Shown here one piece after another: positions 27,115 to 36,888 of a stretch of 64,000 bases of DNA (positions within the stretch are counted from its first letter, which is position 1; each line of letters starts with the position of its first letter). Origin of the DNA: Candidatus Bathyarchaeia archaeon (GTDB taxonomy: Archaea; Thermoproteota; Bathyarchaeia; Bathyarchaeales; Bathycorpusculaceae); the NCBI GenBank assembly GCA_038883855.1, contig JAVZLH010000001.1, positions 128,001-192,000 on the forward strand. The letters run 5' to 3'. A program made the translations under genes and the position numbers. The notes under the pieces were generated by a model. It saw only the letters and a program-made list of their open reading frames with translations, did not search any database and had not been told where the DNA came from.

Positions 27115-27942
27115 TCACAAGAAAAGTTTTAGTGCCACATAACCGCACACCATCATTATAAGACTATGTTTTAACCCAGCGCTCATTGTTCCATCGCCCA
27201 TTTTCCCCGCCACCAGCCCGCTAAAAAATGCTTGGATTGCTGTCATGTGGAAAAATAACCGTTGCATCTCTTCCGCCGTCATCACGGCCGCGCCAAGCGT
27301 CGGCAGCCCCTCTATCGTCGCAAAAAAAGACTTGAAAAGAAGCATTATTGTGAACAAGAAAACGAAAAAAGCTACGTAAATTATTGCGATGTAAGGTCTT
27401 GTCCGTGTTCGGCGTTCCTTTTCTAACAAAAGAGTCGTCTCTATAAACTTGCCCATTGGGTCAAAGACTCTTTCAACATGTCCTCCTGAACGCCCAGCCT
27501 CAATAATCATGGGAACCGTTCTCTGCATCAAAACCGTGTTAACTCGCCTCCCCAAAGCTAAAAGGGCATCATCAAAACTCATTCCCCAAGAAATCTGCGC
27601 GGTCATTTTCCTCAACTCTACCGTAAGCGGTCCATAATCCCTTTTTGCAGCTTCCTCTAAAGCTTGAGGCAACGTCATGCCCGTTTGTTGAGCTTGAACA
27701 ATGCTTCTGAAAAGATCTGGTAAACGCTCATCAACAGCTTTCCTCCATCTATATTCAATGTAGGTTAATATGGAGGTGGGTGCAATGGCGATTATTGCCG
27801 CAAAAAAGACGAGTTCATCAAAAATTTTGCTACCCCAAAACATGAAGTATGCGAATAGAATCATGAAAACAGCTAACAAAACAGAGATTGCAAGCGCAAA
27901 TTTTTTAGTTTTCTTCTCTATTTTCGGCATTTCCGCTACCAT
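27115..27942 (-). CDS. Type II/IV secretion F-family (TadC/PilC-like) platform protein
   Basis: LPDLFRSI...TGMTLPQAL, YGPL..E, GLVAGKM. Confidence 0.9.
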   Translation of the reverse strand: MVAEMPKIEKKTKKFALAISVLLAVFMILFAYFMFWGSKIFDELVFFAAIIAIAPTSILTYIEYRWRKAVDERLPDLFRSIVQAQQTGMTLPQALEEAAKRDYGPLTVELRKMTAQISWGMSFDDALLALGRRVNTVLMQRTVPMIIEAGRSGGHVERVFDPMGKFIETTLLLEKERRTRTRPYIAIIYVAFFVFLFTIMLLFKSFFATIEGLPTLGAAVMTAEEMQRLFFHMTAIQAFFSGLVAGKMGDGTMSAGLKHSLIMMVCGYVALKLFL

Positions 27943-28919
27943 CGTGGTGATATAGCATCCAATATTACCAGAAATATTATGGCACCAACAGGGATTCCGA
28001 TGTAAGTAAGTAAGTTCAGCATAAGCTCAGAGCTTAAACCCTTAAGGAATTCTCCTCCAAGCATGGATATAACTGCCAACATTATCACCAAGAGAAGCGG
28101 GCCAGTCAATAGAATAGATATGTAAAACTCCGACAGAATAGATAGGGTGTCGGAGAACTTCTTAAGACTTATTCTTTTCAGTTTCATAAATTGTTTAGAT
28201 TTTTCACGTAAATATACGGCTAAATTACCGCCAGAATGTATTGTTGAAATAAAACCTTCAAGTGTTTCTCGAAATACTTCCGATGAGGAACGTTTTGATA
28301 CTTCTTCAAGAGCTGAAATCACGTCTAAACCGAAAAGATTTATTTTTCTAACAACCTCCCTGGCTTCATAAGAAATCGCCAATGGCACACTCATGTTTGA
28401 AAGCGTATAGAAAATTTTTTCCGGTGAAACCCCAGAGCTGGCGAGAATGGCCATATAACCTGTTGTAAACGGCAACTCATCTTCCAACTCTCTCTTGAGC
28501 TTGTCCGCACGATAGATTGGGTAAAAGTAAAATCCCATGATTGTGAATGCGAAAGCAAACAATCCTCCACCGCAACCATAAAGAAGCGCTGGCAAAACTT
28601 GCGTGTGAAAGGCAAGAATCCATAGGGATGAAACAAGAACACCAGTTGCAATGGTGATCAGCATCGCGGAAAAAACAGTTAAACTGACATAAGCCTTGAA
28701 ATTAACTTTTATCCCAGACTTATGCAGATTTTGGTCCAAATCTCTAAAAAGGGGCAAAACTCGATCTATTCTACCGCCTAAAAGTCGAAATGCCAAAGAA
28801 TGTGGTTTATTAAGCTCTATACTAGGCTTTTTCTTAGTTGCTTCCATTTTTCCCTTAAACAATGCTTTGACGCGGATAACAAGTTTCTTGACTTTTTCCA
28901 GAACTTTGTTTTCACTCAT
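27936..28919 (-). CDS. Type II/IV secretion F-family (TadB/PilC-like) platform protein
   Basis: ELPFTTGYMAILASSGVSP, GLDVISALE, TIHSGGNL. Confidence 0.9.
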   Translation of the reverse strand: MSENKVLEKVKKLVIRVKALFKGKMEATKKKPSIELNKPHSLAFRLLGGRIDRVLPLFRDLDQNLHKSGIKVNFKAYVSLTVFSAMLITIATGVLVSSLWILAFHTQVLPALLYGCGGGLFAFAFTIMGFYFYPIYRADKLKRELEDELPFTTGYMAILASSGVSPEKIFYTLSNMSVPLAISYEAREVVRKINLFGLDVISALEEVSKRSSSEVFRETLEGFISTIHSGGNLAVYLREKSKQFMKLKRISLKKFSDTLSILSEFYISILLTGPLLLVIMLAVISMLGGEFLKGLSSELMLNLLTYIGIPVGAIIFLVILDAISPRW

Positions 28920-30487
28920 TTTAATCCCATTATAGCCTTTTGGAATATACGGCTTGGGTTAGAGTAGTATTCGCGAATTATGTTGGCGACATCCATGTAG
29001 CGGCGTATTCCAGTGTGCACCATCCATTCCAAAACTGTTTTTCTTCTCTTCAGCTCACGGGTAACATCATCTTCTGTTATGCCCATTTTTTTTATGTGAG
29101 CCTCTATAAACGGGCTTTTTCCAACAGGGATAAGTCTATCTTCTTTTGGATTCCATCGGAAAATTTCTTCTGTCAATATTTCTCTCGTTTTCTGGTCTAT
29201 ACCCGCAATTTCAGTAGTTGTGAGGGTTCGTCTCACCGGTTTTCCTTCCACTTCTGTTCTTGCTACAACCATTATCACGTCGGTCATAGCTATTAGTGAC
29301 CGTGGAATATTCATGGGTTCAGATTCCAACCTATTTATGACGGCTTCAACCGATTCTGCATGTATTGTGCTCATTCCAAGGTGACCTGTTGCCATGGCTT
29401 GAAAAAGTGTGTATGCTTCTTCGCCTCTAACCTCGCCGACAATTATGTAGTCTGGTCTTTGTCTGACGGCCGCTTTTAATAAGTCGAAAAGGGTTATTGT
29501 CCCGCTCTTTTTGTCTTCATGTCCAAAGCCTAGTCTTGCAACTGATGGTATCCAGTTTTCGTGTGGAAGGTTAAGTTCTTGTGTGTCTTCTACGCTCACT
29601 ATTTTCATTTCTGGCTTTATAAACATGGATAAACAGTTTAGCATCGTGGTTTTTCCCGCGGCCACGCCTCCTGCAACCAGCAGTGAGGCTCTGTTCTCTA
29701 TGATATACCATAGGTATGCAGCCATTTCGGATGAAACTGTTTTGAAAGCTATCAAGTCTGATATTGTTAATGGGTCGACTCTGAAGCGTCTAATGGTGAA
29801 TGTTGAGCCTCTACGTGTGACTTCATTTCCATAGGTTAATTGTACGCGACTGCCATCTGGAAGAGAAGCGTCCAAAATTGGCGAGGCTATAGAAATATTT
29901 TTTCCAGCAAGATATGCTAAGCGTATTATGAACGAGTTTAGTTCAGCTTCGTCCTTGAAAACTATATTTGTTGGCAAGGACTCGTAGAGCCTATGCCAAA
30001 CATATAAGGGTATGTTTACGCCATCCGCCGATATATCTTCGATTAGGTGATCCTTCATTAACGGGTCTATTTTCCCATAGCCTATGAAGTCTCTGATGAT
30101 GTAGTAAGTGAGTTTGTCAACGGCCTCTGGCGGAACTTTTATTCGATATTTCCTAATTATTTCCTTAGTTTTTTCTTTGAGGTAGTTTTCGGCTTTTTCT
30201 CTGGTTTCGATATCCTTTAAGTTTACATCTACTTCTTCCATTAAGAGCGTCTTTATTTCTTTGAGGAGGTTTTCCTCTTCTTTTTTCAGCGTGGGCTCTA
30301 TGACTTCGTAGACTATCTTTTGGGTTTCTGGGTTTTTTACTATGGCGGCGTAGACGTATGGTTCTTGTATTGGGTAGATTTCCCGGAATACTGTTGGTTT
30401 CTTTCCTTCTTCCTTTATTATTATGTCTACTCCTGACTCTTGCTTTTCCAAAGGGGTTAGCCTCCTGGTTTTCGTTGGATTTTTCAT
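28916..30487 (-). CDS. Type IV pilus assembly ATPase (PilB/TadA/FlaI family)
   Basis: GYGKIDPLM.D..IEDIS, GGVAAGKTT, EDTQEL, RQRPDYIIVGEVRG.EA, TGH..MSTIHA. Confidence 0.95.
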   Translation of the reverse strand: MKNPTKTRRLTPLEKQESGVDIIIKEEGKKPTVFREIYPIQEPYVYAAIVKNPETQKIVYEVIEPTLKKEEENLLKEIKTLLMEEVDVNLKDIETREKAENYLKEKTKEIIRKYRIKVPPEAVDKLTYYIIRDFIGYGKIDPLMKDHLIEDISADGVNIPLYVWHRLYESLPTNIVFKDEAELNSFIIRLAYLAGKNISIASPILDASLPDGSRVQLTYGNEVTRRGSTFTIRRFRVDPLTISDLIAFKTVSSEMAAYLWYIIENRASLLVAGGVAAGKTTMLNCLSMFIKPEMKIVSVEDTQELNLPHENWIPSVARLGFGHEDKKSGTITLFDLLKAAVRQRPDYIIVGEVRGEEAYTLFQAMATGHLGMSTIHAESVEAVINRLESEPMNIPRSLIAMTDVIMVVARTEVEGKPVRRTLTTTEIAGIDQKTREILTEEIFRWNPKEDRLIPVGKSPFIEAHIKKMGITEDDVTRELKRRKTVLEWMVHTGIRRYMDVANIIREYYSNPSRIFQKAIMGLK

Positions 30488-30670
30488 GCATGATATAATG
30501 TGTAGCGAGTCTTAATAAGTTATATGCACGCCTAATCTTTAGGAAATCTCTTGAACCCCAAAACATAAAAAATGCTAAGCGCATTCAAAACCTAAATTTG
30601 ATAACTTCAAAAGCGTAGCTATTATTGGCATTACCATGAGAATAGTGAACCGACGGGTACTCTTAACAGT

Positions 30671-30748
30671 TTACTTGTATCTTGCCCTTCTCTTTTGCCT
30701 CTTCTTTTTCTGCCGTCGCATCCTTTTCTTTTTCCATTTAGCGCGAAT
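30671..30748 (-). CDS. rpl41e: Ribosomal protein eL41 (eS32), eukaryote-like, 25 aa; probable ATT start (in-frame GTG alternative at 30757)
   Basis: (I/M)RAKWKKKRMRRQKKKRQKRRARYK* versus human [31 protein letters not shown] SD 8 nt before the ATT. Confidence 0.88.
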   Translation of the reverse strand: MRAKWKKKRMRRQKKKRQKRRARYK

Positions 30749-30769
30749 ATCCCGCACACCCCATAATTT

Positions 30770-31369
30770 TCATTCTATTGTGGCATGTCTACGTCGTAAA
30801 TCCTCCTCTGTTCGCCCCATTCGATGCATCAACTCCACAACCAAACTATCTAGAAAAACCATGCAGTTGTTCTCAAAAACACTTCCAAGAGGAGTTAGGG
30901 GCTCGCGTTCGCCAATAATTTGCCTTGCTAGGTAATCTTCTTCTTTCGGCCACCCGGTTTTTGTTCTTCCTTTAATCGTAACTATATGGTCAGCCATTTG
31001 ACCTAGTGGAGATTCTGGAAAGGATGTTATAGCAATTACTGTTGCTCCAATTTCCTTAGCGGCTGCGCCCGCGGTTAGAACCATCTTTGTGGCACCTGTT
31101 CCTGAAATTGCTATAAGTAAGTCTCCTTTTTCCGCTGCTGGCGTGATGGTTTCACCTAGAAAGTAGACGTTGAAGCCAAGGTTCATTAGTCGTAACGCAA
31201 AGGCTCTTGCAACAAACCCGCTTCTTCCCATGCCTACAATGAAGATTTTTTTATTTTTTGCTTCAAGTAGAAGTTTAATTAGTTGCTCAACCTCTTTCTC
31301 GTTTAACTCTTCAATACTTTTTTTGATTCCGGTGATGATTTCTTCTGCCGCCGCCTTCAGCCATTCCAA
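30770..31369 (-). CDS. hxlB: 6-phospho-3-hexuloisomerase (SIS domain)
   Basis: GMGRSG, FALRLMNLG, GETITP, ISGTGAT, PLGSVFE, C-terminal RHATIE. Confidence 0.93.
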   Translation of the reverse strand: MEWLKAAAEEIITGIKKSIEELNEKEVEQLIKLLLEAKNKKIFIVGMGRSGFVARAFALRLMNLGFNVYFLGETITPAAEKGDLLIAISGTGATKMVLTAGAAAKEIGATVIAITSFPESPLGQMADHIVTIKGRTKTGWPKEEDYLARQIIGEREPLTPLGSVFENNCMVFLDSLVVELMHRMGRTEEDLRRRHATIE

Positions 31370-31438
31370 TTACTTCAAACTCCGAGAACCCATTACATTT
31401 TTCCCAGCATTAAAAGTCTTGCGGTTTCAAAGTGCCTT

Positions 31439-32221
31439 TTATTCCAAAAAGCTAAAGAGGGCTGGAATGCTGACACAAGTTAAGCGAACGTAAATTGCCA
31501 GTGTCAAAATTCCAACAGTAATAGCCAATAAAACAAAGTCGCCCTTATGCATTTTCAAGGTGTAAAGGTTTGTACGTTTTTTGGTGGCACCCCAAGCGCG
31601 TGATTCCATAGCTTCTGCCAATTCGAGGCTTCTGCGGATTGCGCTTACGATTAACGGCACAAGTATAGGAATATAGTTCTTTATTCTCTTAAGAAAGTTT
31701 CCGCGTTCCAACTCCAGTCCTCTTGCCTTTTGGGCGTCCATTATTGTTTGAGCTTCTTCAGCTAAAACTGGGACAAACCTGACGGCGGTTGTGAAGGCAA
31801 AAGAAAATTCGTAGGGCACTCGGGCTTGTTCTAGAGCTAAGCCTAGGTTGTCCGGTGATGTTGTTAGGAAAAATATGGAAAAGGACTCGATGAGCACTAT
31901 GAAACGCAACGTCATGGCAGCGGCATTTTCCAAACTCTCCGCTAATCCCTTCGCTCCAAAGTATGCAAACAAGAAGTTTGTTAAGAAAATTATTAGGGCC
32001 AAGAAAGTTGCACCTCGTAACGAGCGGAGCCACTCCCGTTGAACACCCGCCAATAATACAAAGGGAATCTGCATAACAAACAGCACTAGTAAAGGCAACA
32101 GTTCACCAAAAATTATGGCAACAACAAATATCACGCACACATATATGAATTTTATTCGCGGGTCTAAGTTGTGGATTGGTGAATGAACTTTGCGGAATTT
32201 GAGTCCGTCAAACACGCTCAT
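31439..32221 (-). CDS. ecfT: ECF transporter transmembrane T component
   Basis: SPIHNLDPRIK, RFVPVL.EE...I.DAQKARG, AEAMESR. Confidence 0.93.
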   Translation of the reverse strand: MSVFDGLKFRKVHSPIHNLDPRIKFIYVCVIFVVAIIFGELLPLLVLFVMQIPFVLLAGVQREWLRSLRGATFLALIIFLTNFLFAYFGAKGLAESLENAAAMTLRFIVLIESFSIFFLTTSPDNLGLALEQARVPYEFSFAFTTAVRFVPVLAEEAQTIMDAQKARGLELERGNFLKRIKNYIPILVPLIVSAIRRSLELAEAMESRAWGATKKRTNLYTLKMHKGDFVLLAITVGILTLAIYVRLTCVSIPALFSFLE

Positions 32222-33045
32222 TTAAACACCTTCTTCCCAAAATGGTTTAGCAAGATTTCTTGTGCTTCATAAACGTCAATAACTTCTTGGGGCAAATTCA
32301 AATCTCGAAGTTGAATGAATATTTGAGTTATTTGGGGCGGAACGATAGATGCATTGTATAGTATTTCGGTGTTTGTTAGAATCTTCTTCGCCTCTCCGTC
32401 GGCAACTATCATCCCATCTCGCATCAGTACAACTCTTGGGTTGCACTCTGCTACAAACTCAACATCATGTGTGACAATTATTGTCGTTTTCCCCCGGGTT
32501 TTCAGCTGCATAATAAATTGTCTTAACTTCTCCTTTTGCTGGTAATCTTGCCCTATTGTCGGCTCATCCAATATCAGTATCTTTGGATCCCACGCCAAAA
32601 CGGAGGCTAAAGCGACGCGTTTTCTTTCTCCGCCGCTAAGCATGAAGGGCGAAGTCTTTCTATACTGCGTCAAATCTAAGAGGTTTAGCGCCCACGTTAT
32701 CCTTCTCTCTATCACATCTTCTTTGAATCCAAAGTTTTTTAAGGCGAAGGCTATTTCATCCTCCACTGTTTCGCTAAATAACTGGTGGTCTGGGTTTTGG
32801 AAGACAAAGCCCACGTTTCTGGCTAGGGTTGCCACACTTACTTTTGTTGTTTCAACACCGTCAACAAAGACTCTGCCTTTCGTTGGCTTAAGAAGCCCGT
32901 TAAAATGTTTAACAAGCGTTGTTTTCCCTGCGCCGTTTTGTCCCATTATGGCAACAAATTCTCCATCATAGATTTTTAAGGACACTCCCTTTAATGCTTC
33001 TACGCCGTTTGGATATGTGAAATAGACATTTTCAACCTCAATCAT
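32218..33045 (-). CDS. ecfA2: ECF transporter ATPase
   Basis: GQNGAGKTT, FQNPDHQLF, LSGGERKR, DEPT. Confidence 0.92.
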   Translation of the reverse strand: MIEVENVYFTYPNGVEALKGVSLKIYDGEFVAIMGQNGAGKTTLVKHFNGLLKPTKGRVFVDGVETTKVSVATLARNVGFVFQNPDHQLFSETVEDEIAFALKNFGFKEDVIERRITWALNLLDLTQYRKTSPFMLSGGERKRVALASVLAWDPKILILDEPTIGQDYQQKEKLRQFIMQLKTRGKTTIIVTHDVEFVAECNPRVVLMRDGMIVADGEAKKILTNTEILYNASIVPPQITQIFIQLRDLNLPQEVIDVYEAQEILLNHFGKKVFK

Positions 33046-33892
33046 CAGATTTGAAAGCCTCCCGTATTAGCGCCGCCATTTCTTCGGAAGACAAGGGAAT
33101 TTTATTGCCTAATCTTACCCCCTCTTTCCTTAACATTTGATAAAGAAGCGTTGCTTTTGGAATTCCAACACCAATCAGTCTGGTTTCCTCTGAGCTTAAA
33201 ATTTGACGTGGTTCACCATCTATGGCTACCTTGCCGTTGTCCATTACGATTATGTGATCCGCGTATTTGGCAGTTAAATCCAGCCTATGCTCAACAAGCA
33301 CAACGGTTATCCCTAATTTCCTGTTGAGTTCATAAATCACGTCGAATATTTTCTTGGCAGTTAATGGGTCGAGAAAAGATGTCGGTTCGTCAAGAACCAT
33401 CACCTCTGGCTGCATAGCTAAAACTGAAGCAATTGCAACACGTTGTTGCTGTCCACCTGAAAGTTCGTATGGAGCTCTTTCCCTCAAATCATATATGCCC
33501 GTCAATTCCGTCGCCCAATCCACTCTCTTGCGAATCTCTTCTCTGGGAAATCCTAGGTTTTCAAGCCCGAAAGCCACATCCTTCTCGACGGACAGGGCGA
33601 AAAGCTGGTTTTCAGGGTTTTGGAAAACAAGGCCCACATGCTTTGCCAGTTCGTAGATTGGGTGTTTGGTGACGTCAAGTCCAGCGACTGTTATTTGACC
33701 TTTTAACTCGCCTTGGTAAAAGTGGGGAATCAACCCATTTAGGCATCGGCAGAGAGTTGTTTTTCCACATCCGCTTGGTCCAGTGATTAGGGTGAATTCG
33801 CCTTTCTCTATTTTTATGGAGACATCTACTATTGATGGTTTTGTTGCGTTTGGATAGGTGTATGTTAGGTTTTTTGCTTCAATTACGGCCAT
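33038..33892 (-). CDS. ecfA1: ECF transporter ATPase
   Basis: GPSGCGKTT, FQNPENQL, LSGGQQQR, DEPTS. Confidence 0.92.
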   Translation of the reverse strand: MAVIEAKNLTYTYPNATKPSIVDVSIKIEKGEFTLITGPSGCGKTTLCRCLNGLIPHFYQGELKGQITVAGLDVTKHPIYELAKHVGLVFQNPENQLFALSVEKDVAFGLENLGFPREEIRKRVDWATELTGIYDLRERAPYELSGGQQQRVAIASVLAMQPEVMVLDEPTSFLDPLTAKKIFDVIYELNRKLGITVVLVEHRLDLTAKYADHIIVMDNGKVAIDGEPRQILSSEETRLIGVGIPKATLLYQMLRKEGVRLGNKIPLSSEEMAALIREAFKSDD

Positions 33893-33951
33893 GCTTATGA
33901 TGCCTGCCCAGTTTTAAGCGGAGGTAATCTCTCTCATTTAAGAGTAGCTAC

Positions 33952-34947
33952 TTAATTGCGGCTAGAAAGCTTTTCTTTAAAAAGCCTTAAACAACGTTTA
34001 AGCCCAGCTTCAACGTCGCCAACACCATTAACTCCAGCGGCTGTTGAATGTCCACCGCCCATACCGCGTAGATATTCGCCTAAAGGTTTGGCTATATCTT
34101 TGCCCAAATGTATTCCAGTTGTCTCATGAAATTCTCGTGTGCAACGTAGGCTAATCTCTATGTTTTCGTTTTTTTGCCCAGCTACTACTGCAACGTGAGC
34201 GCCTAAATCCACTATGGCTCTAGCCGCCGAAGCTTGAAAGGCGCTAACATGAGAAAAGGCAAGTATCCATTCTCCAATCTTGAAAATTTTTGCTCTTCTA
34301 CAGGCCTTTAACCTTGCCACCCGCTCAGAAAAGTCCATGGGTAACGAAAGCAGATATAAGGCTTCTTGCGCGTTTACTCCGACATCGATGAGTTCTGCAA
34401 CGGCTTTCAGCGTGGATGAGTTGGCTAAAACAAAATGGCGCGTGTCAAAGGCTATGCCCAAAAACAACGCTTTCGCCTCTTTTTCTGCAGGCTTTACGCC
34501 AGCTTGTTTAAAGAAGTTGTAAATAATTTCGCAGGTCGAGGATGACTCTTCGTTTGTTATGCAGATTTTTGCCATTTTTTCCGTTTCAGGATGGGCTGCG
34601 TGGTGGTCTATAACAATTATCGGAGCCTTTGCGGTTTTCACTTTTTCAGCAAGATTATTCAACTGTTGAACAGTGTTTGTGTCAAGCAAAACTATGGCGT
34701 TCGCATTCTCCACATTTGGCTGAGTTTTCAACTCCATTGGCAAATGTTTCAAAAGGTGTTTTGACAAGCGACTTACTCCCTGTGCCGCTCCAATTTCAAC
34801 CTCCATTTTCGGTCTTAAACTTTTAAGCAAGTTCGCAAAGGCATATGCTGAACAGATGGCGTCTGGATCTGCGTTGTGGTGGCATAGCAAAACAACTAGT
34901 TTGGCATCTAATCCTTCAAGAAGTTTGGTTACTTCTGCGAATGACAT
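33952..34947 (-). CDS. DHH/DHHA1 phosphoesterase
   Basis: H.NADPDA, LLDT, IDHH, GI.FDT, GGGH..AAG. Confidence 0.92.
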   Translation of the reverse strand: MSFAEVTKLLEGLDAKLVVLLCHHNADPDAICSAYAFANLLKSLRPKMEVEIGAAQGVSRLSKHLLKHLPMELKTQPNVENANAIVLLDTNTVQQLNNLAEKVKTAKAPIIVIDHHAAHPETEKMAKICITNEESSSTCEIIYNFFKQAGVKPAEKEAKALFLGIAFDTRHFVLANSSTLKAVAELIDVGVNAQEALYLLSLPMDFSERVARLKACRRAKIFKIGEWILAFSHVSAFQASAARAIVDLGAHVAVVAGQKNENIEISLRCTREFHETTGIHLGKDIAKPLGEYLRGMGGGHSTAAGVNGVGDVEAGLKRCLRLFKEKLSSRN

Positions 34948-35240
34948 GGTAGATTCCTCAAATATTTTTCGGCAGATGCGAAGGCTTCCTTTACTGCTTC
35001 GTTAACGAGTTTTTGCACGTCAAAGTCTTTCATTAAGGGTGATAAAGTAACATCTACATCGATGGTTAACGTCATGGGCTTTGTGCCTTCAGCCTCAACG
35101 CTTATGTTCAGCGCTTCTATCCTCTTTAAGGAAACTTTCGACGTTACGTATTTCCGTGCAGCTTCCTCTGCAATTAAACACAATTCCTCAATTTGCTCGC
35201 TTGTCAACTCTGGTAGGCGCAGTTCCTCCACATTTTTCAC
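34929..35240 (-). CDS. DUF3194-family protein
   Basis: LPELTSEQIEELC.IAEEAAR...EAVKEAF; conserved position after pfdB. Confidence 0.75.
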   Translation of the reverse strand: MKNVEELRLPELTSEQIEELCLIAEEAARKYVTSKVSLKRIEALNISVEAEGTKPMTLTIDVDVTLSPLMKDFDVQKLVNEAVKEAFASAEKYLRNLPCHSQK

Positions 35241-35257
35241 CTAAGCAGATTTGGCAG

Positions 35258-35623
35258 TTAAGGCGCGGATAATGGGCGTAAGTCTTCTTGCAGTTTGGCT
35301 TGTAACTCCTTCAATTGAGTTCGCAGTCTCTCTTCCTGTTTTCCTAAAACTGTTGCCCTAGTGCTTAGAAGTTCCTTCCGCTCGCTTAACTCCGCGGTTA
35401 TTTTCGCCTTTTCAGTTTTCACCAAAAGCGTGCCAATAGCCTTGTAAATTACCGCGTCATCTCCTATTTTTTGCAGCTCGTTTAAGGCTTGCTCACTTTC
35501 CGTCAACTCAATTTCCACTTGTTGCTTTTGAGCCAGAACTGACTGAAGAGTCTGTTGAAGCTGCTGAAGCCTTAGTAGACGTTCTTGAACTTGAGGTGGA
35601 AGTTTCGAAAGTTCCTCACTCAC
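35258..35623 (-). CDS. pfdB: Prefoldin beta subunit
   Basis: LPPQVQ..L..LQQLQQ, YKAIGTLLVK hairpin, coiled coils. Confidence 0.95.
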   Translation of the reverse strand: MSEELSKLPPQVQERLLRLQQLQQTLQSVLAQKQQVEIELTESEQALNELQKIGDDAVIYKAIGTLLVKTEKAKITAELSERKELLSTRATVLGKQEERLRTQLKELQAKLQEDLRPLSAP

Positions 35624-35733
35624 TTACATACACTCCTGTTCTGCACAGCAATAGGCATAGCAGTTAATTAAGGGTTTTCTCAAAAACGTCGAAAACAAAA
35701 GGATTAATAAGCTTGCCACTAGATAAAGCATGA

Positions 35734-35985
35734 TCATTGCAGTTCCAGAACCTCGATAACGTTCATAATTGAGTTCATCCACCTTAAATAAGCATTTAAC
35801 GTAGCACGTAGAGCCACGGTGTCTTCTGCTTCCACCGTCAAAACCAGAAAGTTCTCTCTTTTTTTCATACTTGTCTTTGAACGGGCGGTGGCTGGCTTTT
35901 TAACCTCAGGCTCCAAAGCCTTAGCGAATATTTCTAGATGCTTTCTTGAGGGAAGCTTTAACTTGACAACAGCCTTCGCCTTCAA
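35734..35985 (-). CDS. pcc1: KEOPS complex subunit Pcc1
   Basis: ALEPE...RS, AED.VALRATLNAYLRW. Confidence 0.92.
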   Translation of the reverse strand: MKAKAVVKLKLPSRKHLEIFAKALEPEVKKPATARSKTSMKKRENFLVLTVEAEDTVALRATLNAYLRWMNSIMNVIEVLELQ

Positions 35986-35991
35986 TGGATT

Positions 35992-36561
35992 CTAACTCCA
36001 AATTGCATAGGATACTATGATTTGTGGGCCAATCTCTACCAATTCTGGCAGAAGTATAAAAGTGATGACTATTTCTTTTTGCGGATTAATTTTAATTTGC
36101 ATTGCTGCATCATATTTTCTATTAATTGCTTCTTTTAACGAGAAAACTGGTACTGCAAAAAAATCAGATAAAGCTTTTTCAAGTTTCTTAGCGATAGAAT
36201 TTTCTTGTGGTGAGGCTGCAACTACTATTGACTTTATCCTCCTCCCCCTCATTATTTCTCCTGCCAATTTTCTTCGAAATTTTGCGTGTCGCACGTAAAT
36301 GGTTGGTGGAACTTTTTCCAATCCCTCCGGTTTTACATTGAAAAACTGCAGTTTTCCAAGTCCGAATTTCCATCTTTCAATAATAATCGCTTTTTCAGCG
36401 CCCAACTCTACGGATTTTTCCGCTATTCCTTCTAGGCTTAGTTTGCCCCGGTTTATACGTATAGCGAAGGGTATATTGTAGCTTATCTCTCTGCAGAGAG
36501 TCCTCATGGTTTTAGTCGGTCTTCTCGATGTTGTTAAAAGAATACGCTGTTTATCAGCCAA
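35992..36561 (-). CDS. Brix-domain (Imp4-like) ribosome biogenesis protein
   Basis: ILLTTSRRPT...R, INRGKLSL, C-terminal EIGP. Confidence 0.88.
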   Translation of the reverse strand: MADKQRILLTTSRRPTKTMRTLCREISYNIPFAIRINRGKLSLEGIAEKSVELGAEKAIIIERWKFGLGKLQFFNVKPEGLEKVPPTIYVRHAKFRRKLAGEIMRGRRIKSIVVAASPQENSIAKKLEKALSDFFAVPVFSLKEAINRKYDAAMQIKINPQKEIVITFILLPELVEIGPQIIVSYAIWS

Positions 36562-36584
36562 TCTAAAATCACTTGGGTTGGAAA

Positions 36585-36881
36585 CTATTCTTCTTCCTCA
36601 ACAGCCTTCACTGCCTCTTCAACTGGCGCACCCTTAGCCACTCGCTTTGCAACCACTCCAAGCTTCGTACTCGGCGTATAAGCTCCGCCTGCAAACGTGA
36701 AGCCACATTTTCTACATTTCCAAACTCCCACGCTAACCCTCTTAACTTGTGGAAAACCACACTGGGGGCATGTATGCGGCTTCTTCATCTCCGTAACCAC
36801 TTTTATGTAACGTTTCCTAACGGTTGCGCCGTAACGGGGTCCAAGCCCGCGGGTTGGTCCAACCTTTTTTGTTCTTCCCAA
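36585..36881 (-). CDS. rpl37ae: 50S ribosomal protein L37ae (eL43)
   Basis: G.RYGATVRKR, CPQCG...VKR...GVWKCRKCG..FAGGAY.P. Confidence 0.97.
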   Translation of the reverse strand: MGRTKKVGPTRGLGPRYGATVRKRYIKVVTEMKKPHTCPQCGFPQVKRVSVGVWKCRKCGFTFAGGAYTPSTKLGVVAKRVAKGAPVEEAVKAVEEEE

Positions 36882-36888
36882 AGCAAAC

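Noticed and set aside
30636-30935. 99-aa hydrophobic + strand ORF
   Set aside because: Antisense to eL41 and hxlB; the Phe/Leu run mirrors the Lys/Arg codons
36562-36584. Expected rpoP between rpl37ae and Brix
   Set aside because: Only about 23 bp available and no ORF; the gene must lie elsewhere
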